From: Eubacteriaceae bacterium
Lineage (GTDB): Bacteria; Bacillota; Clostridia; Eubacteriales; Anaerofustaceae
Length of the DNA: 58,325 bases
NCBI GenBank assembly: GCA_012727485.1
Contig: JAAYHF010000169.1
Coordinates: 1-58,325 of the forward strand
Direction: 5' to 3'
Both the position numbers and the translations under genes were made by a program. Positions 11,004-21,672 of this stretch are shown here, piece after piece. How positions within the stretch are numbered: the stretch's first letter is position 1; every line of letters begins with the position of its first letter. Under the pieces are notes generated by a model. It saw nothing but the letters and a program-made list of their open reading frames with translations. It did not search any database and was not told the origin of the DNA.

Positions 11004-13320
11004 CAGAATACTCGCTTTGATAGCCGAAAAAGCGGCAACCGAAAGCGCAAAAAAAAGAATTGAAGAATTAACGCCCACCCTTGGCGATTACGATTTGCAA
11101 AGAACCTTCACCTTAACCGGGGAAGCCTACGACACCATAAGGGTAAAGGGCAACATACCCGCGGGGGGCTATAAGGAAGTAAGGGAGTATGTTATCCACG
11201 CCCAAAAGGGGGGCACTTTAAGGGGAGGCGCTCTTTTAAAGATAGCCTCGGCAATAAAATACGCCCAGCAGATAAAAAGGTTCATTTTCTCGGAGGAATA
11301 CGAAAGCTTTCCCTGCGAGAATTTAAAACAGACCGCCGGAGAAATAACCGACCTTAAATCATTGGCTTCTTCGATCGAATCTTGCATATTGGGGGAAGAC
11401 GAGATAAGCGACAACGCTTCGCCCGCCCTATCCGCCATACGCCGCAAAATGCGAAGGCTCAACGCCTCCCTGAAGGATAAGCTTTCCTCCTACACAAAAT
11501 CGGACACCGCAAAATATTTGCAGGAGCAGTTGGTCACCATGCGTAACGGCAGATATGTCATTCCCGTAAAGAGCGAATACAAGGGCAGTGTGGACGGGAT
11601 AGTTCACGATACCTCCCAAAGCGGAATGACCCTTTTCGTCGAACCCCGCAGTGTCATCAACATGAACAACGAGTTAAGGACGCTGGAGTCCGAGGAAGCC
11701 CGGGAAATCGATATTATCTTGGCGGAGTTTTCCCAAAAGGTCGCCCAAAAGGCGTTGGAGCTGACTGCAAACGAGGATTCGGTCATTTTATTGGACGAAC
11801 TTTTCGCCAAGGCGGGATACGCCTACGAAAGGAATTATACAAAACCCTTAATCAACAAGGAGCGCTATATTGAGCTTTTCCGCGCCCGTCACCCGCTTTT
11901 GGACCCGAAAAAGGCGGTAGCAAGCGATTTGAGAATAGGAAGGGATTACACCCAGATCGTCATCACCGGGCCGAACACGGGAGGCAAGACCGTGGCGCTC
12001 AAAACCCTGGGGGTATGCCTCTTAATGGCCCAAAGCGGGCTTTTTATCCCTGCGGGGGAGGGCAGCAGCCTTTGCACCTTCGAAAACATTTATGCGGATA
12101 TAGGGGACGAACAGAGCATAGAGCAATCCCTGAGTACCTTTTCCTCCCACATGACCAACATTTCCTCCATATTGAACGACTTGGACGAAAACTGCCTCGT
12201 TCTTCTGGACGAGTTGGGGGCAGGCACAGACCCCTCCGAGGGGGCGGCGCTTGCCAAGGCCATACTCAAATTTATAAGGGATAAGGGAGCGATGTGCGTA
12301 GCCACCACCCATTACAACGAAATAAAGCAATATGCCTTGACCGAAAGGGGCATTGTCAATGCGAATGTGGAATTTGACACGGTCAATTTAAAGCCCACCT
12401 TCCGCTTGACCATAGGACTGCCGGGCAAATCCAACGCCTTTGAAATATCCCGAAGGCTGGGCATTTCCGAGCAGATCATCGAAGAAGCCAAAAACGAAAT
12501 GGATATGGGAGATGCCAGATTCGAGGATCTGATAACCGAACTCAACGATAAGATCAAAGACGCGACCCAAAGCAGGGACGAAGCCCATAGGGCGCTGAAA
12601 CAGGCTCGGGAAGCGGAGGAGCAGATGAACTCGGAATTGGAAAAGCTCAAGGCTTCCAAGAACAAAATGTATACCGAGGCGGTGGTGAGCGCAAAGCAGA
12701 TAGTGAACAATGCGAAAAAAGCCGCAAAGGATATAATATCCTCCGCGGATAAATACTCCAAAGGCTCATCGGACAGATCCCTCAGAAACGAGGCCTCCGA
12801 GCTTGCCAAAGCGGCGTTGGACGAGCTTAATTCCCTGATGCCCAAACACGCCTTTTCCCTCACGGACGACCCCGCCCGGGCGGAATACGACTTCAAGAAA
12901 GGTGACGATGTGGAAATACCCGAGCTTTCCGGAGAGGGTAGCATACTCGAAATAAAGGAAGACACCGCCCTTGTGCAGATAGGCTCGATTAAAACGAGGA
13001 TAGCCCTTTCCAAACTGCGCCCCGGGGCGAAAAAGAAGGAAAAGACCTTCTCCTACACGGGTTCAAAGGCCCAAAGCGCCTCCCCCACCCTTGATATAAG
13101 GGGAATAACGGGGCAGGAGGCGCAAATAGAGGTGGAAAAGTTTTTGGACGACGCCACCCTTGCAAATCTGAAGGTGCTGACGATAATCCACGGCAAGGGG
13201 GAAGGGGTTTTGCGCAAAAAAGTGACGCAAATTCTTCAGGAACACCCGTTGGTGGAAAGCTTCCGCCTGGGAGGACTTTCCGAAGGGGCGGGCGGAGCTA
13301 CGATTGTTTATATGAAATAG
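10969..13320 (+). CDS. mutS2: Endonuclease MutS2 (MutS-type ATPase plus Smr domain)
   Basis: 783 aa. It has Walker A GPNTGGKT, a coiled-coil region and a C-terminal Smr domain (LDIRGITGQEA...HGKGEGVLRKKV). Confidence 0.9.
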   Translation: MQQRVLKTLEYDRILALIAEKAATESAKKRIEELTPTLGDYDLQRTFTLTGEAYDTIRVKGNIPAGGYKEVREYVIHAQKGGTLRGGALLKIASAIKYAQQIKRFIFSEEYESFPCENLKQTAGEITDLKSLASSIESCILGEDEISDNASPALSAIRRKMRRLNASLKDKLSSYTKSDTAKYLQEQLVTMRNGRYVIPVKSEYKGSVDGIVHDTSQSGMTLFVEPRSVINMNNELRTLESEEAREIDIILAEFSQKVAQKALELTANEDSVILLDELFAKAGYAYERNYTKPLINKERYIELFRARHPLLDPKKAVASDLRIGRDYTQIVITGPNTGGKTVALKTLGVCLLMAQSGLFIPAGEGSSLCTFENIYADIGDEQSIEQSLSTFSSHMTNISSILNDLDENCLVLLDELGAGTDPSEGAALAKAILKFIRDKGAMCVATTHYNEIKQYALTERGIVNANVEFDTVNLKPTFRLTIGLPGKSNAFEISRRLGISEQIIEEAKNEMDMGDARFEDLITELNDKIKDATQSRDEAHRALKQAREAEEQMNSELEKLKASKNKMYTEAVVSAKQIVNNAKKAAKDIISSADKYSKGSSDRSLRNEASELAKAALDELNSLMPKHAFSLTDDPARAEYDFKKGDDVEIPELSGEGSILEIKEDTALVQIGSIKTRIALSKLRPGAKKKEKTFSYTGSKAQSASPTLDIRGITGQEAQIEVEKFLDDATLANLKVLTIIHGKGEGVLRKKVTQILQEHPLVESFRLGGLSEGAGGATIVYMK

Positions 13321-13371
13321 TTGTAATTATGAATTTAATATTGTATACTATGAATCACCCGCAAAAAAACC

Positions 13372-14112
13372 ATGGCGAATAAAACCTATAAGGCTATCGT
13401 ATTAAGGGCGGTAAAATACGGCGAACAGGACAAAATGCTCACCCTTTTCACCCTGGAAGGGGGCAAGATGAGCGCTGTGGCAAAGGGAGCGCAAAGCGCC
13501 CGCAGTAAATTTTTAGGTTCTTCCCAAAGCTATTGCTTCGGGGAGTATGTCCTGAGCGAAAGCCTCAAAATGCCCTATCTTTCTTCTGCGGAGGTGATTA
13601 ACGGATTCAAGGGGATAGGGCGGGATATAAGGCTTCTTTGCGCCGCGGCATATATCTGCGAGATTATTACCGTCGCCTTCGAGGAAGCGAGCGAGGACAG
13701 GTCGGCTTTCATGCTCCTTTATCACTCGTTAAAGCTTTTGGAGGGCTGTCCCGGAGAAAAATCTCTTGTTTTATCCACCGCATTCGCGCTGAAAATGCTG
13801 GGGATAAACGGCAGTTATCCCGCGCTGGACAGATGCGTGAACTGCGGGAAAGTCGGTGAGGATTATTTCTTTTCCCCTAAGGAAGGGGGAATAGTTTGCG
13901 CCGATTGCGTAAGCGCAGAGGGTTTGGCGATTTTGACCGCTTCCCAGGGGCTTTATCTGTTTGACCTTTTGTTTTGCGGCATGGATAAGATACTTTCGCT
14001 CAACGCGCCTTCGGGGCAAGAGCAGAAATATCTTTTCAAGCAGATAAACAATTATCTTGTTTATACTCTGGGAAAAAACATTAAAAGTTTTGAGATGCTG
14101 TATCAACTGTAA
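13372..14112 (+). CDS. recO: DNA repair protein RecO
   Basis: 246 aa. It has an N-terminal OB-like region and a CxxC...CxxC zinc motif (CVNCGK...CADC). It lies upstream of glyQS, as in Bacillus. Confidence 0.85.
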   Translation: MANKTYKAIVLRAVKYGEQDKMLTLFTLEGGKMSAVAKGAQSARSKFLGSSQSYCFGEYVLSESLKMPYLSSAEVINGFKGIGRDIRLLCAAAYICEIITVAFEEASEDRSAFMLLYHSLKLLEGCPGEKSLVLSTAFALKMLGINGSYPALDRCVNCGKVGEDYFFSPKEGGIVCADCVSAEGLAILTASQGLYLFDLLFCGMDKILSLNAPSGQEQKYLFKQINNYLVYTLGKNIKSFEMLYQL

Positions 14113-14124
14113 CGGAGGAAGAAA

Positions 14125-15513
14125 ATGTCAAGACAGCTAACACTGAATGAAATAATCAGTATAACCAAAATGCGGGGAATAGTTTTCCCCGGAAGCGAAA
14201 TTTACGAAGGGCTTGCCAACGCCTGGGATTACGGCCCCATCGGAGTTTTGCTTTTAAACAACATCAAGGCCGCCTGGGTAAAGAAATTCATAACGGAGAA
14301 CAAATACAATGTTCAGATAGATTCCGCCATTCTCATGAATACCCGCACCTGGGAAGCCAGCGGGCATCTGACCAATTTCAACGACCCGCTAATTGACTGC
14401 AAAAACTGTAAAAGCCGTTACAGGGCAGACAAGCTTGTGGAAGAAGATTTCGCCAAACGCGGCATCGACGAGGTGGCGGACGGCTGGAGCAACGAGAGAA
14501 TGGAGCAGTATATAGCCGATAACGGCATTGTCTGCCCGAAATGCGGCGCCAAGGATTTCACTAATATCCGCCAATTCAATTTAATGTTCAAAACCTTCCA
14601 GGGAGTCACCGAGGAGGGAGCGAACACCCTCTACCTTCGCCCGGAAACCTGTCAGGGAATTTTTGTGAATTTCAAGAATGTCCTTCGCACCACCCGCAAA
14701 AGACTGCCCTTCGGAATAGGGCAGATAGGCAAGAGCTTCCGCAATGAAATAACGCCGGGCAACTTTATTTTCCGCACCAGGGAATTCGAGCAGATGGAAC
14801 TGGAATTCTTCTGCCACCCCCGGGACGAATGGGAATGGTTCAATTATTGGAGAAGCTTTTGCATTGAGTTCCTTTACAGCCTCGGGCTGAAAAAGGAGCA
14901 TCTGACGCTCAGAGACCATAAAAAAGAACAGCTTTCCCATTATTCCAACGCCACCACAGACATTGAATACGATTTCCCCTTCGGCCGCAGCGAGCTATGG
15001 GGAATAGCGGACAGAACCGATTACGACTTGAAACAGCACGAAGCCTTCTCCGGCAAGGATATGAAATATCAGGATCCCGTAACCAACGAGAAGTTCTTCC
15101 CCTATTGCATCGAGCCTTCGGTGGGAGTGGGCAGACTTATGTTCGCCGTGCTTTGCGACGGCTACGAATGTGAGAGCTTGGAGGACGGAAGCGAAAGGAA
15201 TGTTTTCAGGGTACACCCCTTTTTGGCTCCCTACAAGGCGGCGGTGCTTCCGCTCACCAAAAAACAAAACGAAAAGGCAAGCGAAGTCTATTCGGAGCTG
15301 ATGAAGAAATTCGAATGTGATTACGATGAAACGGGCAATATCGGCAAGCGTTACAGAAGGCAGGACGAGATAGGCACCCCCTATTGCATCACCATTGACT
15401 TCGACACCGAAACCGACGGCTGTGTCACCGTGAGGGACAGGGACACCATGACCCAGCAGAGGGTTCCCATCGGAGAGCTTGCGGAGCATATCAGGGAAAA
15501 AATCGCGTTCTGA
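14125..15513 (+). CDS. glyQS: Glycine--tRNA ligase (alpha2 type)
   Basis: 462 aa with class II aaRS motifs ([25 protein letters not shown]). GGAGG lies 6 nt upstream. Confidence 0.9.
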   Translation: MSRQLTLNEIISITKMRGIVFPGSEIYEGLANAWDYGPIGVLLLNNIKAAWVKKFITENKYNVQIDSAILMNTRTWEASGHLTNFNDPLIDCKNCKSRYRADKLVEEDFAKRGIDEVADGWSNERMEQYIADNGIVCPKCGAKDFTNIRQFNLMFKTFQGVTEEGANTLYLRPETCQGIFVNFKNVLRTTRKRLPFGIGQIGKSFRNEITPGNFIFRTREFEQMELEFFCHPRDEWEWFNYWRSFCIEFLYSLGLKKEHLTLRDHKKEQLSHYSNATTDIEYDFPFGRSELWGIADRTDYDLKQHEAFSGKDMKYQDPVTNEKFFPYCIEPSVGVGRLMFAVLCDGYECESLEDGSERNVFRVHPFLAPYKAAVLPLTKKQNEKASEVYSELMKKFECDYDETGNIGKRYRRQDEIGTPYCITIDFDTETDGCVTVRDRDTMTQQRVPIGELAEHIREKIAF

Positions 15514-15556
15514 ATTTCGAAACGCAAACATATTAAGATAAATTTGAATAATTCTA

Positions 15557-15585
15557 TTGATTTATCATCATAAATATGATACAAT
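15557..15585 (+). promoter_or_regulatory. Promoter TTGATT-17-TACAAT with an inverted repeat TATCAT-N7-ATGATA in the spacer (likely TetR operator)
   Basis: -35 is at 15557-15562 and -10 at 15580-15585. The inverted-repeat arms are at 15563-15568 and 15576-15581. Confidence 0.45.
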
Positions 15586-15617
15586 AGTACAAAAATAATA
15601 ATCAGAGGAACAATTAA

Positions 15618-16268
15618 ATGGCAACTTACAAAAAGGGTATTGAAACAAAGGAAAGAATCTTCCAATCGGCTAAAAAGATGTTTTATGAGTACGGCTACAA
15701 GAATGCGACCATCGAAAAGATCGCGGGAAACGCCAATGTGCCCATCGGTCTTGTCAACTATTATTTCAAGAAGAACGAGATCCTTTCCATTATCTACACT
15801 CAATTCTTGCAGAACATCAAGGATTCCATCGACGACCAGATAGCCGCTGAAATCGAAAATCCGCTGCAGAAGCACATCGTTTTCACCAGAATATTTTACA
15901 GCATAATGCTCTCCAACGACAAGAACAGGGAGCTTTACAAGGAAATATTCATCAATGAGCTTGTGGAAGCCGATGCGAACGATTTGGTGGGGCTGGATTT
16001 CATGGATATAATCCGCACCTTCGACATCGACATCACCGAAAGCATTTTCCACAGATTGACCATAGCCGAATACGGCGCCCGCAGAGAGCTTCTGCTGGAT
16101 CGTTATGACAGACTTGATCCCGAAAAGAGCAAGGATTTCATCAATTTCCTCGCCACCATTTCCGTAAGGCTTGCGGGTGTGGATATCAAGGAAGTCATGA
16201 GAAACTGCAAGAAGGCGGACGAGCTTTACAAGAAGGTCGATACCAACGTAATAAAATTCCTCGTTTAG
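15618..16268 (+). CDS. TetR/AcrR-family transcriptional regulator
   Basis: The N-terminal HTH is ERIFQSAKKMFYEYGYKNATIEKIAGNANVPIGLVNYYFKKNEIL. Confidence 0.85.
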   Translation: MATYKKGIETKERIFQSAKKMFYEYGYKNATIEKIAGNANVPIGLVNYYFKKNEILSIIYTQFLQNIKDSIDDQIAAEIENPLQKHIVFTRIFYSIMLSNDKNRELYKEIFINELVEADANDLVGLDFMDIIRTFDIDITESIFHRLTIAEYGARRELLLDRYDRLDPEKSKDFINFLATISVRLAGVDIKEVMRNCKKADELYKKVDTNVIKFLV

Positions 16269-16337
16269 AGTGAATCCCTTCAAACACCCCGGACAGGTAT
16301 GAGCAATAAAACCATTGTATTTCATACCTGTCTTTTG

Positions 16338-17435
16338 TCATTTTTTGCTTTCGAGCAAAGGCGCGTTTTCCGCAATGGTTATATAGGCCTTAAGTCCGAC
16401 CGAGAGGTATTTTTCATTGAAGGAAAAATCACTGCTGTGCAGTTCGGGGGTTTGCCCCCCCTCCCCTACTCCCAAAAGCATATAAAGCCCGGGGCGCTCC
16501 CGGGCGAAAAAGGCAAAATCGTCCGCCAAAAAGCAGGGGGAAGCCTTTTTGAATTTTTTGCCGAATAATTCTTTAGCTCTCCGATATAGCCTGCCGTCGT
16601 TTTTCAGGGCTATATACCCCCCCTCGGCTATGAAGCATACCTCGCAACCGCTTGAGCAGGCCGCTTGACGGCATATTTCGTCTATCGCCTCAAGCATTTC
16701 CCCATGGGATTGAAGGCCGAGGGTTCTTATTATTCCTGTGAGTTCGGCGCTGTCGGCTATGATATTCTGCGCCCTTCCCGCCTGTAGGGTGCATACCCGG
16801 CACAGAGCCTTCCCGCTTGGGGGAATGTTATTTATATCCGTCACTATTTGCCCCGCCGCCTTCAGGGCGTCCCTCACTTCTTTCCCGCTTGCCGCATGGG
16901 CGCTCAGCCCCTTTGCCCGAATGATGAGCTTTGAGGAATCGGAAAACATATAGCCGGGCATCGAAGCCATAAATCCGCCGGGCAGGGAGGGAAAAACATG
17001 AAAACTGTATATCTCCGCAACATTGTATTTCTCAAGAATCCCCTCGGCTATCATGCCCGGGGCGCCTCCGAAGGTTTCCTCCGCGGGTTGGAAAATCAGC
17101 AGAATATTGCAGTCATAATCCGGGAGATCCTCTGCAACATGGGCCGCAAAGGCCAAAAGCAGGGCCATGTGGGCATCGTGTCCGCAAAGATGGGCATAAT
17201 CCCCGTTCAAGGGGAGGGCGTCCATATCGGCTCTGAAGGCTATGGATTTTTCTTTTCCGAAATCAATCGGGCATATCACCCCGGTTTGGGCGCAAAGAAT
17301 GGGAGAGAAGCCTAAAAAGCGCAGGGAGTCCATGATAAAATCCCTTGTTTCATATTCTTCGCCCCCCCCTTCCGCAATACGGCTTAAGGCCTTTTTAAAT
17401 CCGACAAGGTATTTCAGGGAATCGTTGATGTGCAT
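16338..17435 (-). CDS. M20-family amidohydrolase/peptidase
   Basis: 365 aa with the metal-ligand context FRADMDALP...CGHDAHMA typical of M20D amidohydrolases. Confidence 0.75.
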   Translation of the reverse strand: MHINDSLKYLVGFKKALSRIAEGGGEEYETRDFIMDSLRFLGFSPILCAQTGVICPIDFGKEKSIAFRADMDALPLNGDYAHLCGHDAHMALLLAFAAHVAEDLPDYDCNILLIFQPAEETFGGAPGMIAEGILEKYNVAEIYSFHVFPSLPGGFMASMPGYMFSDSSKLIIRAKGLSAHAASGKEVRDALKAAGQIVTDINNIPPSGKALCRVCTLQAGRAQNIIADSAELTGIIRTLGLQSHGEMLEAIDEICRQAACSSGCEVCFIAEGGYIALKNDGRLYRRAKELFGKKFKKASPCFLADDFAFFARERPGLYMLLGVGEGGQTPELHSSDFSFNEKYLSVGLKAYITIAENAPLLESKK

Positions 17436-17568
17436 GATTTATTCTATGTACGGCTGAATATTAAAGAACCGTGAAATAATTGCATTAACGGCAATTTTTG
17501 TATTGCGGTTGATATTGTATTATATCCCAATGTGTTATAATCAAGGCAATATAAATCGGAGGACGATA

Positions 17569-18315
17569 ATGGACTGCGTTAAGGAAATCGAAAACAGAGT
17601 AGCATTTATTAAGGAAATAGTTGAAAATGCCCATGCAAAGGGCATCGTTTTGGGGTTAAGCGGGGGCAAGGACAGCGCCCTTGCGGGAATACTCTGCAAA
17701 ATGGCCTGTGAGAACACCCTTGGGCTTATCATGCCCTGCGGCACAGAGGTGAATTACTCTCAGGATATGACGGACGCCCTTGCTCTGGCGGAAAAATTCT
17801 CCATAAAAACAAAGGTGGTGGATTTAGCCCCCGCCAAGAATGAACTTGTCAAAGCCATGGAGGGAAGTTTTGTTTTAGATGAAGAAGCCACTTCAAACAT
17901 GAACCCCAGACTGAGAATGACCGCTTTATATGCAGTGGCAAGGCAGGAGGGCATGGTGGTGGCGGGAACGGGAAACGCCTGCGAAAGGTATGTGGGATAC
18001 TTCACCAAATGGGGCGACGGCGCCTGCGATTTCAACCCCATCGGAGACATGATGGTGAGCGAGATATACGAACTGCTCGAATATCTGGGCTGCCCCGAGA
18101 ACATAATCAAAAAAGCTCCCTCGGCGGGGCTGAAGATAGGTCAGACCGATGAATACGAATTGGGAGTGACCTATAAGCAGATTCAATACTATCTGCAATA
18201 CGGCCCCAGCGCACTGGACAAGGGCGCAACGAAACTCATCGATTCCCTGCATGAAAGAAATCTTCATAAGCTAGAACCGGTGCCTATTTACAGCAGGGAA
18301 GACAAGGGAGAATGA
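17569..18315 (+). CDS. nadE: Ammonia-dependent NAD+ synthetase
   Basis: The start at MDCVKEIENR has GGAGG 6 nt upstream. The PP-loop motif SGGKDS is present. Confidence 0.85.
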   Translation: MDCVKEIENRVAFIKEIVENAHAKGIVLGLSGGKDSALAGILCKMACENTLGLIMPCGTEVNYSQDMTDALALAEKFSIKTKVVDLAPAKNELVKAMEGSFVLDEEATSNMNPRLRMTALYAVARQEGMVVAGTGNACERYVGYFTKWGDGACDFNPIGDMMVSEIYELLEYLGCPENIIKKAPSAGLKIGQTDEYELGVTYKQIQYYLQYGPSALDKGATKLIDSLHERNLHKLEPVPIYSREDKGE

Positions 18316-18926
18316 AGAATATACTGCTCGGCCTTTTAAGCGTTGCAATCGCTTATCTGATAGGCTGTATAAACGGAGCTTACATATTAACAAAGATTCT
18401 TCACAATAAGGATATACGGCAATACGGCAGCGGCAACCCCGGAAGTACCAACACCCTTCGCACCTTCGGCCCGAAAACGGCTTGTTGCGTGTTTTTGTTT
18501 GATGTCATCAAGGCCTATGCGGCGGTGAAGCTATCCGGGATAATCTGCCCGGGGAATTCCGTCGTAAATTTGCTTGCCTCCATCGCCGTGGTGGTCGGTC
18601 ACGATTGGTCGATCATGTTGGGCTTCAAGGGCGGCAAGGGCGTGGCAAGCAGTCTGGGGGTGGGTTTCGCCCATACCCCTTTGTTGGCGCTCTCCTGTTT
18701 TCTTATTTCCCTTATCATAATTCTTTTGACAAGGCTTGTTTCCCTTGCCAATCTAATTGCGGTTTTCGCGGTAATTCCCCTTTGCTTGATTTTTTCAAAG
18801 GGGATATATGCGGTTATTCTATATATCGTTCTTTTCGCCCTTTGCGCCTTAAGGCACAGAGAGAATATCCAAAGATTGCTCAATGGAACGGAAAGCCGTC
18901 TGGATTTGAAGCTTAAAAAGAAATAA
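18312..18926 (+). CDS. plsY: Glycerol-3-phosphate acyltransferase PlsY
   Basis: It is polytopic with the GSGNPGSTN motif and overlaps nadE as ATGA. Confidence 0.9.
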   Translation: MKNILLGLLSVAIAYLIGCINGAYILTKILHNKDIRQYGSGNPGSTNTLRTFGPKTACCVFLFDVIKAYAAVKLSGIICPGNSVVNLLASIAVVVGHDWSIMLGFKGGKGVASSLGVGFAHTPLLALSCFLISLIIILLTRLVSLANLIAVFAVIPLCLIFSKGIYAVILYIVLFALCALRHRENIQRLLNGTESRLDLKLKKK

Positions 18927-20252
18927 ATGGGTAATATGATAGAATTGGCGGCGCAGAACAACTTGAGGGATTCGGCGCCCTTGGCGGAAAGAATGCGCCC
19001 GAAAACCATCGAGGAATTTGTGGGGCAGGAAGCGGTTTTGGGAGAGGGAAAGCTCCTTAGACGAATGATTTTGGCGGACAGGCTTTCCTCTGTGGTGCTT
19101 TTCGGGCCTCCGGGAAGCGGGAAAACCACTTTGGCGATGATAATAGCCAATACCACCAAAAGCGAATTTATCAGGCTGAATGCGGTCACAAGCGGGGTGG
19201 CGGACATCAAGGAAGTGATAAAGAAGGCCACCGATAACCTGGGTATGTACAGCAAGCGCACCATCGTTTTCATAGACGAAATACACCGCTTCAACAAGGC
19301 CCAACAGGACGCCCTGCTCCCGGCGGTGGAAAACGGCACTATTATTTTGATAGGAGCCACCACGGAAAACCCCTATTTCGAGATCAATTCCGCCCTTATT
19401 TCCCGTTCCACGGTTTTCGAGCTTACCCGGCTAACAGAGGAAAACATCAGGCTTATCGTCAAAAGGGCCATAAAGGACGAGGCCAAGGGGCTGGGGAAAT
19501 TCCCGATAAAGATAACCAAGGAAGCCATAAACCACTGGGCGAATGTGGCAAACGGAGATAGCCGAACCGCCTTAAATGCCCTTGAGTTGGCTTTTCTGAC
19601 CGGCAAAAGGGACGAGGAGGGGGCAATTATAATAGATTTGGCCTGCGCCGAGGAATGTATACAAAAGCGGGCTGTGGTTTACGACAAAAACGGCAGTTCC
19701 CATTACGACACCATCAGCGCCTTCATCAAAAGCCTGCGGGGTTCTTCCCCGGACGGCGCTCTTTATTATTTGGCTAAAATGCTTTATAGCGGCGAAGACC
19801 CGAAATTCATCGCAAGACGAATGGTTATATTCGCTTCGGAGGACATTTCCAATGCGGACCCGAGGGCCTTGGAGGTGGCGATAAACGTCTTTAGGGCTGT
19901 GGAAATAATAGGATTGCCCGAATGTGCCATAAATCTCGCCCATGGGGTGACTTATCTGGCGAGCGCCCCCAAGAGCAACGCCTCCTGCATGGCTCTTTAC
20001 GCCGCCCAATCCGATATAGAAAAAAAGCCCACCGCCGAAATACCCAATCATCTGAAAAACGCCGTTTACAAGGCGCAAAGGGAGGCGGGGATAGGCAAGG
20101 GCTACCTTTATCCCCATGATTTCGAGGGACATTTCGTGCCTCAGGAATATATGCCGATAGGCATGGAGGGAACGGTTTACTATCACCCCACCGAAATGGG
20201 TTACGAAAAGTCTTTGAAAGAGTATTTGGACGACATCAAAAAAAGAGTATAA
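18927..20252 (+). CDS. rarA: Replication-associated recombination protein A (MgsA/RarA AAA+ ATPase)
   Basis: Walker A GPPGSGKTTLA, Walker B VFIDEIHRFNK and a C-terminal MgsA domain are present. Confidence 0.9.
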   Translation: MGNMIELAAQNNLRDSAPLAERMRPKTIEEFVGQEAVLGEGKLLRRMILADRLSSVVLFGPPGSGKTTLAMIIANTTKSEFIRLNAVTSGVADIKEVIKKATDNLGMYSKRTIVFIDEIHRFNKAQQDALLPAVENGTIILIGATTENPYFEINSALISRSTVFELTRLTEENIRLIVKRAIKDEAKGLGKFPIKITKEAINHWANVANGDSRTALNALELAFLTGKRDEEGAIIIDLACAEECIQKRAVVYDKNGSSHYDTISAFIKSLRGSSPDGALYYLAKMLYSGEDPKFIARRMVIFASEDISNADPRALEVAINVFRAVEIIGLPECAINLAHGVTYLASAPKSNASCMALYAAQSDIEKKPTAEIPNHLKNAVYKAQREAGIGKGYLYPHDFEGHFVPQEYMPIGMEGTVYYHPTEMGYEKSLKEYLDDIKKRV

Positions 20253-20341
20253 TAATTAACCGTAAATATTAATCAAGACCGATTAGCTTGCCTGCCGTTT
20301 CGGATATAAATGCGACAGGTTTGCGACAGGGAGGTATGAAT

Positions 20342-21085
20342 ATGTCAGGACATTCCAAATGGGCCAATATCAAGAACAAAAAAGGCAAGGCGGACGAAGC
20401 GAAGGGAGCGATTTACACCAAGCTGGCCAAATTCATAATGGTGGCGGCGAAGGAGGGCGGAGGAGATCCGGCTTATAACTCCAAACTGCGGGAAGCCATA
20501 ATGAAAGCCAAGGCCGCCAACATGACCAACGACAACATTGACAGGGCGATTAAAAAGGGCACGGGGGAAAGCGGCGGCGCGAATTGGGAAACCATAACCT
20601 ACGAGGGTTACGGAATAGGCGGAGTGGCGGTTATCCTCGAAGCGCTTACCGACAACCGCAACCGCACCGCGGGAGATGTGCGCCATGCCTTTGATAAATA
20701 CGGCGGAAATTTGGGAACAAACGGTTGCGTTTCCTTCATGTTCGACAAAAAGGGCGTGATAGTTTTGGATACGGAGGAGCTGACCCAAACCGAGGACGAG
20801 CTGATGGAGTTGGCTCTGGAGGCGGGGGCAGAGGATTTCGTATATCACCAGGAGGACGGGCTTTACGAGATAATCACCTCCCCGGAGGATTTCCTTGCGG
20901 TTTCGGATGCCCTCGAAAAGGCGGGGCTAAGCCCCATAAGCTCCGAGCTGACGATGATTCCCCAAAATACGGTGGATTTAAGCGACCCCGATGCGGTGGC
21001 GAAATTCAATAAAATGATAGATATGTTCGAAGCAAACGACGATGTGCAGGAAGTCTGGCACAATGCACAGCTTCCCGAGGAATGA
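20342..21085 (+). CDS. yebC: YebC/PmpR-family DNA-binding transcriptional regulator
   Basis: The N-terminus is MSGHSKWANIKNKKGKAD. AGGGAGG lies upstream of ATG 20342. Confidence 0.9.
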   Translation: MSGHSKWANIKNKKGKADEAKGAIYTKLAKFIMVAAKEGGGDPAYNSKLREAIMKAKAANMTNDNIDRAIKKGTGESGGANWETITYEGYGIGGVAVILEALTDNRNRTAGDVRHAFDKYGGNLGTNGCVSFMFDKKGVIVLDTEELTQTEDELMELALEAGAEDFVYHQEDGLYEIITSPEDFLAVSDALEKAGLSPISSELTMIPQNTVDLSDPDAVAKFNKMIDMFEANDDVQEVWHNAQLPEE

Positions 21086-21105
21086 GCTTTAAATACATAT
21101 ATTAA

Positions 21106-21139
21106 AACAAGGGCGCAAAGGTATCCGCCCTTGTTTTTC
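21106..21139 (+). terminator. Intrinsic terminator after yebC
   Basis: The stem AACAAGGGCG / CGCCCTTGTT is followed by TTTT. Confidence 0.75.
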
Positions 21140-21672
21140 GTCTGTTTTGCATAAGGTATCTTGCCTTTTTACCTTCGAGTTTAGAAAACCTGACATATAT
21201 TTTATTATCGGATATGCTTCACTGCGGTGGTCGCACAAAGATCGCAACCCGCACGATGCCCTCGAAAAGTCTGCGGGACATTACAGAAAATGAGATTATC
21301 CGCTTTTATATGCGCTGTTCGAAGCATAAAGCACTTGCGAAAAAGTTCGTTTATAGCCGATGCGAAACGAATTAAGGCTTTATGGACAATAATTTTAAGG
21401 TTTTATTCGATTTGAGCTATATAGGCTCGCCATTAACGCCGCGTCAAGTGAGGCGGGTTGCTGTGTGGGATTTATTTCTTTTCCCAATATAAATTAATCA
21501 GACTTTAAGCGGTGACAGGGGGTAATGGGGTAGCGGCAAAAATTCGTTACATCGGTTTACCTCTCTAGTATTGCCGTTGTTTAATCTATTCCGTTAATTA
21601 AAAAGCTTGTTGTATTTCTTAACTAACATCATAACCCAAGGAAACGGCATAAGCGCCCCCGCCTAAACTGCT

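Noticed and set aside
15381-16325. 314-aa minus-strand ORF covering the TetR gene
   Set aside because: The plus-strand frame carries an unmistakable TetR HTH plus a promoter and RBS. The antisense frame is low-complexity and Ile/Leu/Val-rich with no start context. It is a shadow ORF.
21227-21415. 62-aa ORF in the yebC-recG spacer
   Set aside because: It has no RBS and a basic low-complexity sequence. A different frame gives the only faintly protein-like (HTH-like) reading, reported separately as a possible relic.
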